A DNA stretch of 64,000 nt from Candidatus Bathyarchaeota archaeon (GTDB lineage Archaea; Thermoproteota; Bathyarchaeia; Bathyarchaeales; Bathycorpusculaceae). Shown here piece by piece: positions 28,254 through 36,824 of the stretch; the first letter of the stretch is position 1, and every line of letters begins with the position of its first letter. The notes under the pieces are model-generated. The model saw only the letters and a program-made list of their open reading frames with translations, did no database searches and was not told the origin of the DNA. The position numbers and the translations under genes are program-made. The stretch spans positions 1,024,001 to 1,088,000 of the forward strand of contig CAWHXY010000004.1 of assembly GCA_963833575.1 (NCBI GenBank). Reading direction: 5' to 3'.

Positions 28254-29843
28254 TTGTCAGCAGATATAGCTCTCGTCCATGCGAACGTTAGGACCATGAA
28301 CCTAAATCAGCCTGTTGCTCAAGCAGTGGCTATTAAAGACACAAAAATCGTCAAAGTTGGTACAGACCAAGAGGTAAACCAGCTAATTGGCAGGGACACC
28401 AAAGTTATTAATTTAGACAAAAAAACTGTGATTCCAGGCTTAATTGACACTCACATTCACATCGCTGATTTTGGAAGATGTCTCTTATGGCTTGACTTAA
28501 CCAATGCAAAATCAATCAAGGAACTGCAAAACCTCTTAAAAAAGAAGGCAAAGCAAACACCTGCAAAAAAATGGATTATCGGTCGTGGCTGGAACCAAAA
28601 CCGATTCAAAGAAAAACGTTTACCTGACCTGTCAGACCTAGATAAGGTTGCACCTGATAACCCAGTAATTCTATATCATGAATCAGAAATGATTTGTGCT
28701 GTAAACAGCAATGCCATAGCTTTGGCTGGTATTAAAGAACAAACGGTTACGCTTTCAGGTGGAACAATAGACAAAAACGCCCATACTGGTAAACTAACGG
28801 GAATTTTACGAGATAGCGCCACAAATATAGTTTGGCAAGTGGTTCTTCAACCAACCTCTGATGAGTTGTCGGAGGCGACGGCTTTGGCTTGCCAAAAAAT
28901 TGCCGAAAATGGACTTACTAGCGTAAACTGGATAGTGCTCTTGGAAAATGAGCTTCCCATAATTCAGCGTTTGCATGCAGAGGGAAAGCTTCTAGTCAGG
29001 GTTAATGTGATATTGCCCGAGGCTCTTGTGAAAGAAACGGGGCGCTTCCAATCAACTGATCGCCTAATGCTCCATGTTGACGGCGTCTTTATTGCTGTAG
29101 ATGGGTACTTGGACTCCAAAACAGCTGCATTATCTGAGCCCTACAGCGATGACCCAGAGAGCATCGGCAAAATGCTTCTTGACAAAACAAAGTTGGCGGC
29201 TTCAATTGGGCAAGTTTTAGCATTGGGTCTTCAACCAGTTATACACGCCATGGGCGACAAAGCCGTGGATTTAGCGTTGACGATTATTGAGCAAAATTCA
29301 CAACAACCAAAAGGAAAACCCGTTCGTTTTCGCATTGAACAAGCCGCAGTTCTAAATCGAGCAATAATTGAACGTTTGAAAAAGCAGAATGTGGTTGTTT
29401 CTGTTCAACCCAAAGTGATTGCTACCGAATTTTCTGTTTGGTCAGCGACAACGCGTCTCGGTGTTAAGAGAGCTAAGTGGCTTCATCCGATCAAAACCCT
29501 TCTTAAAGAGGGCGTGAAGGTTGCTGGCGGTTCAGATTGCCCAATGGAGCCTTTAAACCCGTTTCTTGGGATGCAGGAAGCTGTACTAAGAGAGCATTTT
29601 CCTGAACAGCGCCTAAGCGTCGAAGAAGCCTTGCGTATGTACACGATTGATGCTGCCTACTGTTCAGGTGGGGAAAAGATTAAGGGATCAATTGAAGCGG
29701 GCAAGCTGGCGGATCTAACGGTTCTATCAGACGACCCATTGGCTATTAATACGAACAAAATTAAGGACGTTAAAGTAGAACTGACAATTATAAACGGGAA
29801 AATCGTTTATTCCAACCGACAACCTTATTCTAAAACTTATTGA
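28254..29843 (+). CDS. Amidohydrolase family 3 (YtcJ-like)
   Basis: PGLIDTHIH, HAMGD, GSDCP, GSIEAGKLADL. Confidence 0.85.
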   Translation: MSADIALVHANVRTMNLNQPVAQAVAIKDTKIVKVGTDQEVNQLIGRDTKVINLDKKTVIPGLIDTHIHIADFGRCLLWLDLTNAKSIKELQNLLKKKAKQTPAKKWIIGRGWNQNRFKEKRLPDLSDLDKVAPDNPVILYHESEMICAVNSNAIALAGIKEQTVTLSGGTIDKNAHTGKLTGILRDSATNIVWQVVLQPTSDELSEATALACQKIAENGLTSVNWIVLLENELPIIQRLHAEGKLLVRVNVILPEALVKETGRFQSTDRLMLHVDGVFIAVDGYLDSKTAALSEPYSDDPESIGKMLLDKTKLAASIGQVLALGLQPVIHAMGDKAVDLALTIIEQNSQQPKGKPVRFRIEQAAVLNRAIIERLKKQNVVVSVQPKVIATEFSVWSATTRLGVKRAKWLHPIKTLLKEGVKVAGGSDCPMEPLNPFLGMQEAVLREHFPEQRLSVEEALRMYTIDAAYCSGGEKIKGSIEAGKLADLTVLSDDPLAINTNKIKDVKVELTIINGKIVYSNRQPYSKTY

Positions 29844-29884
29844 AACATCAAAAATGCTTAAACGAAAAAATGAATTAAGTAGGT

Positions 29885-31333
29885 CTACTTCATTTTTAGT
29901 AGTACTTTGATAGTTTTTTTAGGATTCCGCATAGCCCTTAAGACTTTGTATCTTGTGAAAGTCGGATTTGCCATGTTTGCCTTTATGCATAATTGCTGCA
30001 AGTCTTCAGCTGAGAATTGTGGTGTCTCAATCAGGGGTTCAGTTGCTGCCAGTGCATAATCACAAAAGCCTTCTTTTAGAAAACCGCCTTCTTTTGCTTG
30101 CTCGTAGAGTGCTGTTCCGTAAAGTGGCATAGCAATGCTAAATATGAGGCTATCAGCGCCTAAACGTCTAAGCTTATATGCAAACTTTATGGTTTCCTCG
30201 ATGTCTGCTTTGGTTTCACCAATTAAGCCGATAACAAAGAAGCAGCCAACTTTTATCCCTACTTTTTTGCATAAAACAACAGCTTGTTCCACACACTTCA
30301 AATCTAAATTCTTGCCAATAACATCATTTACAACTCGCTGCACACCTGATTCAGGTGCAACACGGATTTTTTTGGCACCAGCTTTCTTCATTTTTCGCAG
30401 TAGTGGTTCATCTAATGTGTCTGCTCTAACGCCGTTAGGTGTAAACCAATCAATATGCAAGCCTCGCTCAACAATTAAGTCGCAAATGTTAGCCATACGC
30501 TTTTTGTCGAGTGTCATGTTCTCATCATAAAAATCAATCTGCTTAATGCCATAAGTCTTCACTACGTGCTCCAATTCATCAACTACGTTTTTTGGGCTTC
30601 TGGCACGCCATTCTCTACCCCAAACAATACAGGTTGTGCAGAACACACAGCTGTAGGGGCAGCCTCTACTGGTAGTTACAATTGTCCACGGTTTACTTAT
30701 TTCGCCCCTTAACGGATTCTCCTTGACAGCTTCATTGTAAACTTTCATAGGAAGTAGATGTCTGGCAGGAAATGGCAAGGAATCCATGTCCTTAATTATT
30801 TCACGTTTAGCAGTGAGAACAGGTTTTCCATTCTGCCTGAAACCTAAACCATCTATGTCTGCAAGCTCTTGCTTGCCTGACTCGAGCGCATTAACGAGTT
30901 CAGAAACTGTATTTTCTGCTTCACCGATAACAACAAAATCTACGTTGGGCTCTGAAAGGCAAGCTTCGGGTCTGGCCGAAGGATGCTGTCCCATCAAAAT
31001 AACCGTAATCTTGCTATTAACTGATTTGACTGTAGAAACGACTTCAAACGCGGTCCTAGACCAACCTGAAAAAGGAATTTCAACGACCACAACATCACTT
31101 TTCCATTGGTTCACACGTTCTGCGATAGTTTGGGCACTTAAACCCACTCGATACTTGGTTTCATCCATTTCCACAAGATTTTTCCAGCCTTCCGTTGGAG
31201 CATCAATTATGCTGACACTGTGCTTTTTTTCTAAAACAGCGGCTACTGACGCTAGGACTATTGGTGGAAAAACGTTTGGTTTTCCCCATGCTTTAGGCTG
31301 AATCCTCGGTGGATTAATCAAGCAAATACGCAT
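29885..31333 (-). CDS. Cobalamin-binding radical SAM protein
   Basis: LINPP, GQHPS, SRGCPYSCVFC, PNGVRAD, APESG. Confidence 0.9.
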   Translation of the reverse strand: MRICLINPPRIQPKAWGKPNVFPPIVLASVAAVLEKKHSVSIIDAPTEGWKNLVEMDETKYRVGLSAQTIAERVNQWKSDVVVVEIPFSGWSRTAFEVVSTVKSVNSKITVILMGQHPSARPEACLSEPNVDFVVIGEAENTVSELVNALESGKQELADIDGLGFRQNGKPVLTAKREIIKDMDSLPFPARHLLPMKVYNEAVKENPLRGEISKPWTIVTTSRGCPYSCVFCTTCIVWGREWRARSPKNVVDELEHVVKTYGIKQIDFYDENMTLDKKRMANICDLIVERGLHIDWFTPNGVRADTLDEPLLRKMKKAGAKKIRVAPESGVQRVVNDVIGKNLDLKCVEQAVVLCKKVGIKVGCFFVIGLIGETKADIEETIKFAYKLRRLGADSLIFSIAMPLYGTALYEQAKEGGFLKEGFCDYALAATEPLIETPQFSAEDLQQLCIKANMANPTFTRYKVLRAMRNPKKTIKVLLKMK

Positions 31334-31388
31334 GCAACAGGCACTTCTTAAAACACCAATACCCCAAAGCTTCGATTAAAACTTTGCA

Positions 31389-32390
31389 CTAAATAGGCAA
31401 AAAGAATAACCGCACAACTACGATGACACCAACACACAAAAGCCCCCACAAAACAATCGTAACATCCCGAATACGAAGGGCACCCAAAATCTTATCACCC
31501 GTCAAAGGTTCTAAACTATCTCCTAAAACGTATTGATCAGGCTTTTCTAACTGCACCCGCAACGCTCCAGCCATAGCCGCCATTGGCCAGCCATGGTTTC
31601 TGCTCGGGGTTTTCTTATGGTCTCGGTAAGCTACTCGCCAAGCGTTCTTCGCATCTTTTCTAAGGATTGCCGCTGCCACAATCATAAGCAACGCCGTTAA
31701 CCGTGTAGGTATGTAGTTAACAACTGTATCTAGATTTGCGCTAAACCATCCAGTATTGATGTGTTCCTTGTCTTTGAATCCCACCATGCCGTCAAGCGTG
31801 TTTACCGCTCGAAAAGCGATTGCTCCTGTAACTCCAAACAATGCGAAGGACATCATCGGCGATAGTTTGAAGTCAATTAAGTTTTCCGCCATTGACTCAA
31901 TAACTGCACTGCTAATTTGTGAGCCATTTAGGGTTCTAGAGTCTCTTCTTGAGAAGTGACTGTATTTTTTTGCCTCATCAAGATCGTTTGCTTTAATGGC
32001 GATAGCTGCGGCTTTTGCCCAGTCAGTTTCAAGTTTAATACAAATGGTCATCTTGAGAAGAATAATGCCGATTAAGGCGTAAATCAAGAGGTTAAAGTAA
32101 AATGGGACATATGTGTAGATTGCCCATAAGCCAAGAAAAACGGGCACGGTAAACACGCAAATTACTGTCAACCCTAAGAGTATGCCTAAGAACTTTTCGA
32201 TTTTGGGGTCTTTATTTTTGAAGTATGGCTCGATTTTTCCAGTGAAATTACCCATGAGAACAGTTGGGTGCAACTTGAAAACCCATTTGTCAGGATTATT
32301 AGGTGAGGGATCGCCAAGAACCAAATCTAACAGTATAGCCAGAACCAGCACGACTATGGGCATCAATACGTTGGAGAGGTTTAGCACCAA
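31389..32390 (-). CDS. cbiB: Adenosylcobinamide-phosphate synthase (CbiB)
   Basis: LGDP..HP, IESMAEN, FRAVNTLDGMVG, NHGWPMAAMAGAL. Confidence 0.92.
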   Translation of the reverse strand: MVLNLSNVLMPIVVLVLAILLDLVLGDPSPNNPDKWVFKLHPTVLMGNFTGKIEPYFKNKDPKIEKFLGILLGLTVICVFTVPVFLGLWAIYTYVPFYFNLLIYALIGIILLKMTICIKLETDWAKAAAIAIKANDLDEAKKYSHFSRRDSRTLNGSQISSAVIESMAENLIDFKLSPMMSFALFGVTGAIAFRAVNTLDGMVGFKDKEHINTGWFSANLDTVVNYIPTRLTALLMIVAAAILRKDAKNAWRVAYRDHKKTPSRNHGWPMAAMAGALRVQLEKPDQYVLGDSLEPLTGDKILGALRIRDVTIVLWGLLCVGVIVVVRLFFLPI

Positions 32391-32522
32391 GAGTTACCTA
32401 AACATTGCTTTCGAAATACTTCCGGTAAACAGTTAATATCAATTACGGTTTACGGTACCCTGCAAGCTTCAAATTTTTATTTTTTGTTTAGAAGCCAATG
32501 TATTAACCTGAACTAATTTTGT

Positions 32523-32559
32523 GTTCCAGGTTTGGAACGTTTTGTTCCGCGTATAGAAC
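32523..32559. promoter_or_regulatory. Two GTTC-N8-GAAC boxes, 21 bp apart
   Basis: GTTCCAGGTTTGGAAC (32523-32538) and GTTCCGCGTATAGAAC (32544-32559) in a divergent intergenic region. Confidence 0.45.
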
Positions 32560-32596
32560 TAAAAGCTACCCTTAGCTATTGTTTGACAGTGAGCAG

Positions 32597-33694
32597 ATGC
32601 GAAAGACTTTGGGTTTAATCCTCTTAATCTTGACAGCTGTCGGCATGGTTTGTGTTATGCCTGTTAAAGCGCAATCTACCCAAACAGTAACCATACATGC
32701 AAACGGTGAAATTTCACCGCCAGATGTTGCCATACAGCGGTTTGGAGACATTTACACCTTAACCAGCAACTTAAACAGCCCTATAGTCATCGAGGCAAAT
32801 AACATCATACTTGACGGGGCTGGTCATACCCTTCAGGGACCAAACATGAACCTGAACAGTATAGGCGTAAACCTTACTGCGACCAACGTAACCGTCCAAA
32901 ACATACGGATAACTAGTTGGTGGGTGGGTTTTTTAGGCACTTGGAATAACAATACTGTATCTAGAAATGTTTTTATGAGCAATGACGAAGCCGTTGCCAT
33001 CTTTGGCGATGATTATGTTGTTAGCCAAAATAGCATATCCAACAGCAGCACCGCAGTATTTGTCGATGGCGGCTTTCGAGAGCAAGGTGACAATAACATC
33101 ATAACTCTAAACCAAATAGCGGGCAATACTCAAGCATTAGACATCACCAAAAGCAATGGCACAGTAGTCACAACAAACAACATCGCCGACAACAATGTAA
33201 TACTCGCGTACGGACAAACCACGGGCACCACAATCTTGTTCTTTAACAATTTCACAAACAACGTTCAGGCACTCACTGTTCCCGTTTTCTCTCCCACTTG
33301 GGAGGGCTTTGTCCCAATTTCGCCCGCTGGACAATGGGACAACGGCTCAGTCGGAAACTACTGGAGCGACTACACAGCAAAGTATCTGAACGCGTCAGAA
33401 ATAGGAAACACAAACATAGGCAACATACATTATGCAATCACTGACACCTTAGACTACCAAGAGCAATTCGACAATGGCACTGTCATAAACAAGGTTGCCT
33501 TATTAGGAACCGCTACCGACAACTATCCTCTGATGGGTCCTACATACGTACCAACCACGTTACTATCCACTATGCCAATTGCTTCACCAGTGATACCCGA
33601 GTTTCCGATGTTGGTGGTTCCAGCAATTTTGCTCTTAGGTGTATGTATCGTGGCTTTTCTTTCAGTCAGAACTAAGCTCTTGGGAAGTAGCTGA
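32597..33694 (+). CDS. NosD/PbH1 beta-helix surface protein with PEF-CTERM-like sorting signal
   Basis: Signal peptide from ATG 32597, parallel beta-helix repeats, GNYWSDY, DNYPL, IPEFP plus TM plus basic tail. Confidence 0.8.
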   Translation: MRKTLGLILLILTAVGMVCVMPVKAQSTQTVTIHANGEISPPDVAIQRFGDIYTLTSNLNSPIVIEANNIILDGAGHTLQGPNMNLNSIGVNLTATNVTVQNIRITSWWVGFLGTWNNNTVSRNVFMSNDEAVAIFGDDYVVSQNSISNSSTAVFVDGGFREQGDNNIITLNQIAGNTQALDITKSNGTVVTTNNIADNNVILAYGQTTGTTILFFNNFTNNVQALTVPVFSPTWEGFVPISPAGQWDNGSVGNYWSDYTAKYLNASEIGNTNIGNIHYAITDTLDYQEQFDNGTVINKVALLGTATDNYPLMGPTYVPTTLLSTMPIASPVIPEFPMLVVPAILLLGVCIVAFLSVRTKLLGSS

Positions 33695-33742
33695 TGTTAA
33701 AGCGTAAGGCAAAAAAAGTTTGCATTCGAAAGATGGGTTCTG

Positions 33743-35128
33743 CTACTTTCTCCGGAGTTTCAACTTTATGTCAGCGATGAGATTTGAGGTTACAATCAGC
33801 GGCGTATATGTTTTGAATCTTCTTCTCTTATCCCAGAAGTAGGCCCGTCGCAGATAGAAATGATGAAATGCTCCTTCTCGTAATTTTCCCAGGTCTTTCA
33901 TACTAAGCCACGGTGTCTCAAAGATTGGATGTGTGGTGTCGTACATGTCAAAGTCGGTGACTTTGAGCCATCCCTTCTCTTTCACTGTGTCATACATTGG
34001 TGTTCCAGGAAAAGGTGTTGCTACGTTATAGAAGCCCACTGCGTCAGGAGATATTTTTTCCACGAATTTTATGGTTTTCCATGCGCTTTCCTTTGTTTCT
34101 CCTGGGAAACCGAGAATGACGTTTGGAATAGGCTGCATGCCGAGTTCTCTTACCCACCCGAGAACTTTTATTGTTAATTCAGGCGAAATGCCTTTTTTCA
34201 TGGCATCTAAAACTTGCTGTGTTCCAGACTCGACTCCGAACCACACGGTGATGCATCCAGCATCCTTCATCTTAACTAGAAGTTCTCTTGTTATCATGTC
34301 AACACGTGTGCCACAGTTCCATTGAATTTTTAATCCGCGACTGAGAATTTCGTTGCATAATACCTCAGTTCTTTGCTGGTCTACTGTAAAAGCATCATCG
34401 CAAAAAGTAAATTTGCTGATGCCGTAAGTTTTGTATAAAAACTCTAATTCATCCACTACGTTTTTTGGGCTTCTCATGCGGTACTTGCGCCCATGTATTC
34501 TAACTGTTGAGCAAAATTCACACCAATACACACATCCTCTACTTGTCGCTAAGTAAAGTATATCCTCGTATTCGCGGAACCGCTCCATAGGCCAAAGGTG
34601 ACGTGCGGGAAATGGAAGAGAATCCAAGTCTTCTATGTATGGTCTATCTGAATTCCTAACGATTTTGCCGTCTTTTCTGCAGGTTGTCCCAACAACATCT
34701 TGGTAGCTTTCTCCGGCTGCTATTCTCTGAACCACTTCCAAAAGTGTGTTTTCTCCTTCTTTCCGAACAACAATGTCTAATTCTGGGCATTCCTCAAGCG
34801 CCTTATCGTCCCAAAAGGTAACATGAGCACCACCTACCACTGTTACGCAGTTCGGGCAAACCTCTTTTGCAATCTTCACCAGCTTAAGTGCAGCTTGATA
34901 CGTAAGGGTAGAAGATGTTACCCCGATAATGTCTGGTTGACGCTTGCCAATCTCTTTTCTAAAATCTTCCAAAGAAAGTTTCAGCACTTGACAATCGATA
35001 ACGTCAACTTGGTATTGATTTTTTTCCAAAACCGCAGCTAAATATCCTAAACCTAACAAAGCAAAAGGCATGTGCATTGCGGCGCCAACAGGAGCGGCTG
35101 GGTTAACTAAGGTCACATGAGGTTTCAT
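33743..35128 (-). CDS. Cobalamin-binding radical SAM protein, close paralog of 43216-44628
   Basis: HVTLVNP, GGAHVTFWD, SRGCVYWCEFC, GVESG, GFPGET. Confidence 0.9.
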   Translation of the reverse strand: MKPHVTLVNPAAPVGAAMHMPFALLGLGYLAAVLEKNQYQVDVIDCQVLKLSLEDFRKEIGKRQPDIIGVTSSTLTYQAALKLVKIAKEVCPNCVTVVGGAHVTFWDDKALEECPELDIVVRKEGENTLLEVVQRIAAGESYQDVVGTTCRKDGKIVRNSDRPYIEDLDSLPFPARHLWPMERFREYEDILYLATSRGCVYWCEFCSTVRIHGRKYRMRSPKNVVDELEFLYKTYGISKFTFCDDAFTVDQQRTEVLCNEILSRGLKIQWNCGTRVDMITRELLVKMKDAGCITVWFGVESGTQQVLDAMKKGISPELTIKVLGWVRELGMQPIPNVILGFPGETKESAWKTIKFVEKISPDAVGFYNVATPFPGTPMYDTVKEKGWLKVTDFDMYDTTHPIFETPWLSMKDLGKLREGAFHHFYLRRAYFWDKRRRFKTYTPLIVTSNLIADIKLKLRRK

Positions 35129-35234
35129 TTCTACTTCACTATTTATCCCTCAAAGGTAGATTCTTTGTCCTTAAACATTTCGTATTTTTAACCAAAAATA
35201 GTCAAGGTCAAAAAAATGCTAAAACTTTATCTGT

Positions 35235-36287
35235 TTATGCGTTTTCTGTTTTCTTTTCTGGTTCACTAGGCCAATATTTTGGCTTCATATATTCGCTTTC
35301 AAGCAGAGAAGGAAATAGGTTTAGAGGCCAAGAAGGAGCCATGGGTGTTACATAAGTCTCTGTAGCTTCTATGCCCTTGATTCTTCTAATTTTTTCGTTT
35401 ACTTCAAAGAGCTTTTCAAAATTTTCTAGTGCAATTGCACAGTACACGTCATACGTGTCTATGAGCCTTATTATTACAATTAGATTTGGAATTTGAAGCA
35501 ATTGAGAATATATCTCTGGCATTTTGCTTCTATTTGAGACTTTCAAATATACCGCTCCTAGAGCTGTATATCCGAGCTTAGTAAGGTTAAGACTTATTGT
35601 AGAGAGGGTTAACAAGTTTTCTCGAAGTTTTTTGTATCTCTGAATTACCGCTTTTGTCGACATGTCTAATTGTTCAGCTATTGATTTAAATGGAATTCGG
35701 GAATTATCTGAAAGAATTTTCGCGATTTTTCTATCTGTTTGATCAATATCTAGTGAAGGTTGATCTAGATCAGTTAAAGTAGATTTGCGGTCAACGAATT
35801 GGCTATTTTCTTGAAATTCTGGTTTGATAGTTAAGTTTTGAGGAAACTCTATATTTACTGCCTCTGCCCAGATCAAGGCATCAACATGTTTGATTTTGTG
35901 GTTTGATTCCAAATCGGCAATTATCTCGTGGAGTTTGTTGAGATCACGCAAAACTACTTTTCCCAAAAAATTATATTTACCTAATGGACCCGCAAGCTCC
36001 GAAACATACTGCTTGGTTTCAAGAAATTTTGCAACTTCTTTTTCATCTTCTACTGCGGTTGTAATACCTAAATCTATAACGTGGCGATACCCCAAACAGT
36101 GAGGGTTCACAAGCATTTTCTCGCCATTAATAACGCCCTCTCTCCACAAACGTTTGTAGCGCATTCTAACGGCAGTTACAGTAATTTTACATTCTTTCGC
36201 AATATTTGTAAAACTTGTTCGAGACTCCGCTAATAAAATCTTTAGAATTTTCGCATCAATCTTGTCTATTTTGATTCGACTTGCCAA
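35235..36287 (-). CDS. Tandem-duplicated Lrp/AsnC transcriptional regulator
   Basis: Two IDxxDxKI...SR.....IA HTH plus RAM units in one polypeptide. Confidence 0.85.
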   Translation of the reverse strand: MASRIKIDKIDAKILKILLAESRTSFTNIAKECKITVTAVRMRYKRLWREGVINGEKMLVNPHCLGYRHVIDLGITTAVEDEKEVAKFLETKQYVSELAGPLGKYNFLGKVVLRDLNKLHEIIADLESNHKIKHVDALIWAEAVNIEFPQNLTIKPEFQENSQFVDRKSTLTDLDQPSLDIDQTDRKIAKILSDNSRIPFKSIAEQLDMSTKAVIQRYKKLRENLLTLSTISLNLTKLGYTALGAVYLKVSNRSKMPEIYSQLLQIPNLIVIIRLIDTYDVYCAIALENFEKLFEVNEKIRRIKGIEATETYVTPMAPSWPLNLFPSLLESEYMKPKYWPSEPEKKTENA

Positions 36288-36824
36288 TCCTCTTACCCTG
36301 AAAACCCATTACATCTTCTCAGCCAATCACTGTAACCTTTTATATAAAATTTCTTATAAATTACTTCAAAAAGTTCCAACTAGATAGAACCCATAGATAA
36401 AACCTAATTTGATTTTGGTAAATTCTACTTGAATATATTCAAAAAAGTCATGTTGGCAAAAAAATTATAATATCAAATCTCTCTTCACTTAATCCGCAAA
36501 CAAAATAGCTGCTCAACATAGCTATTTTCATAATGCTGCCGAAAGTTTTCACTTGAATGCAAAATCCGGTTCCAATAATTCACGCCGAAGATATGTCGAG
36601 CTCATTGTTTTCAGCTTCAACCTTTACCTGAAAAACATTCATTCCTGCATAACTGCGTCTTAAGTTTCTTTTTATAGGTTTTTTAGTGTAAACTTAAGTT
36701 AAAAGGACATCAAAAAAATGCTTTTTTGAATCGAAATCAAACGTTTTTTGCGAGTTGGGCATAGCTTTAAATATAAATTTGGATTTGTTTATGATTACAA
36801 ACCTTAAAGGAGAAGAAAAAATAA

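Noticed and set aside
30135-31301. Long antisense ORFs opposite B12 radical SAM genes (also 15494-15880, 44004-44306, 45395-45736)
   Set aside because: Shadow frames of conserved coding sequence, recurring at equivalent positions in the paralogs
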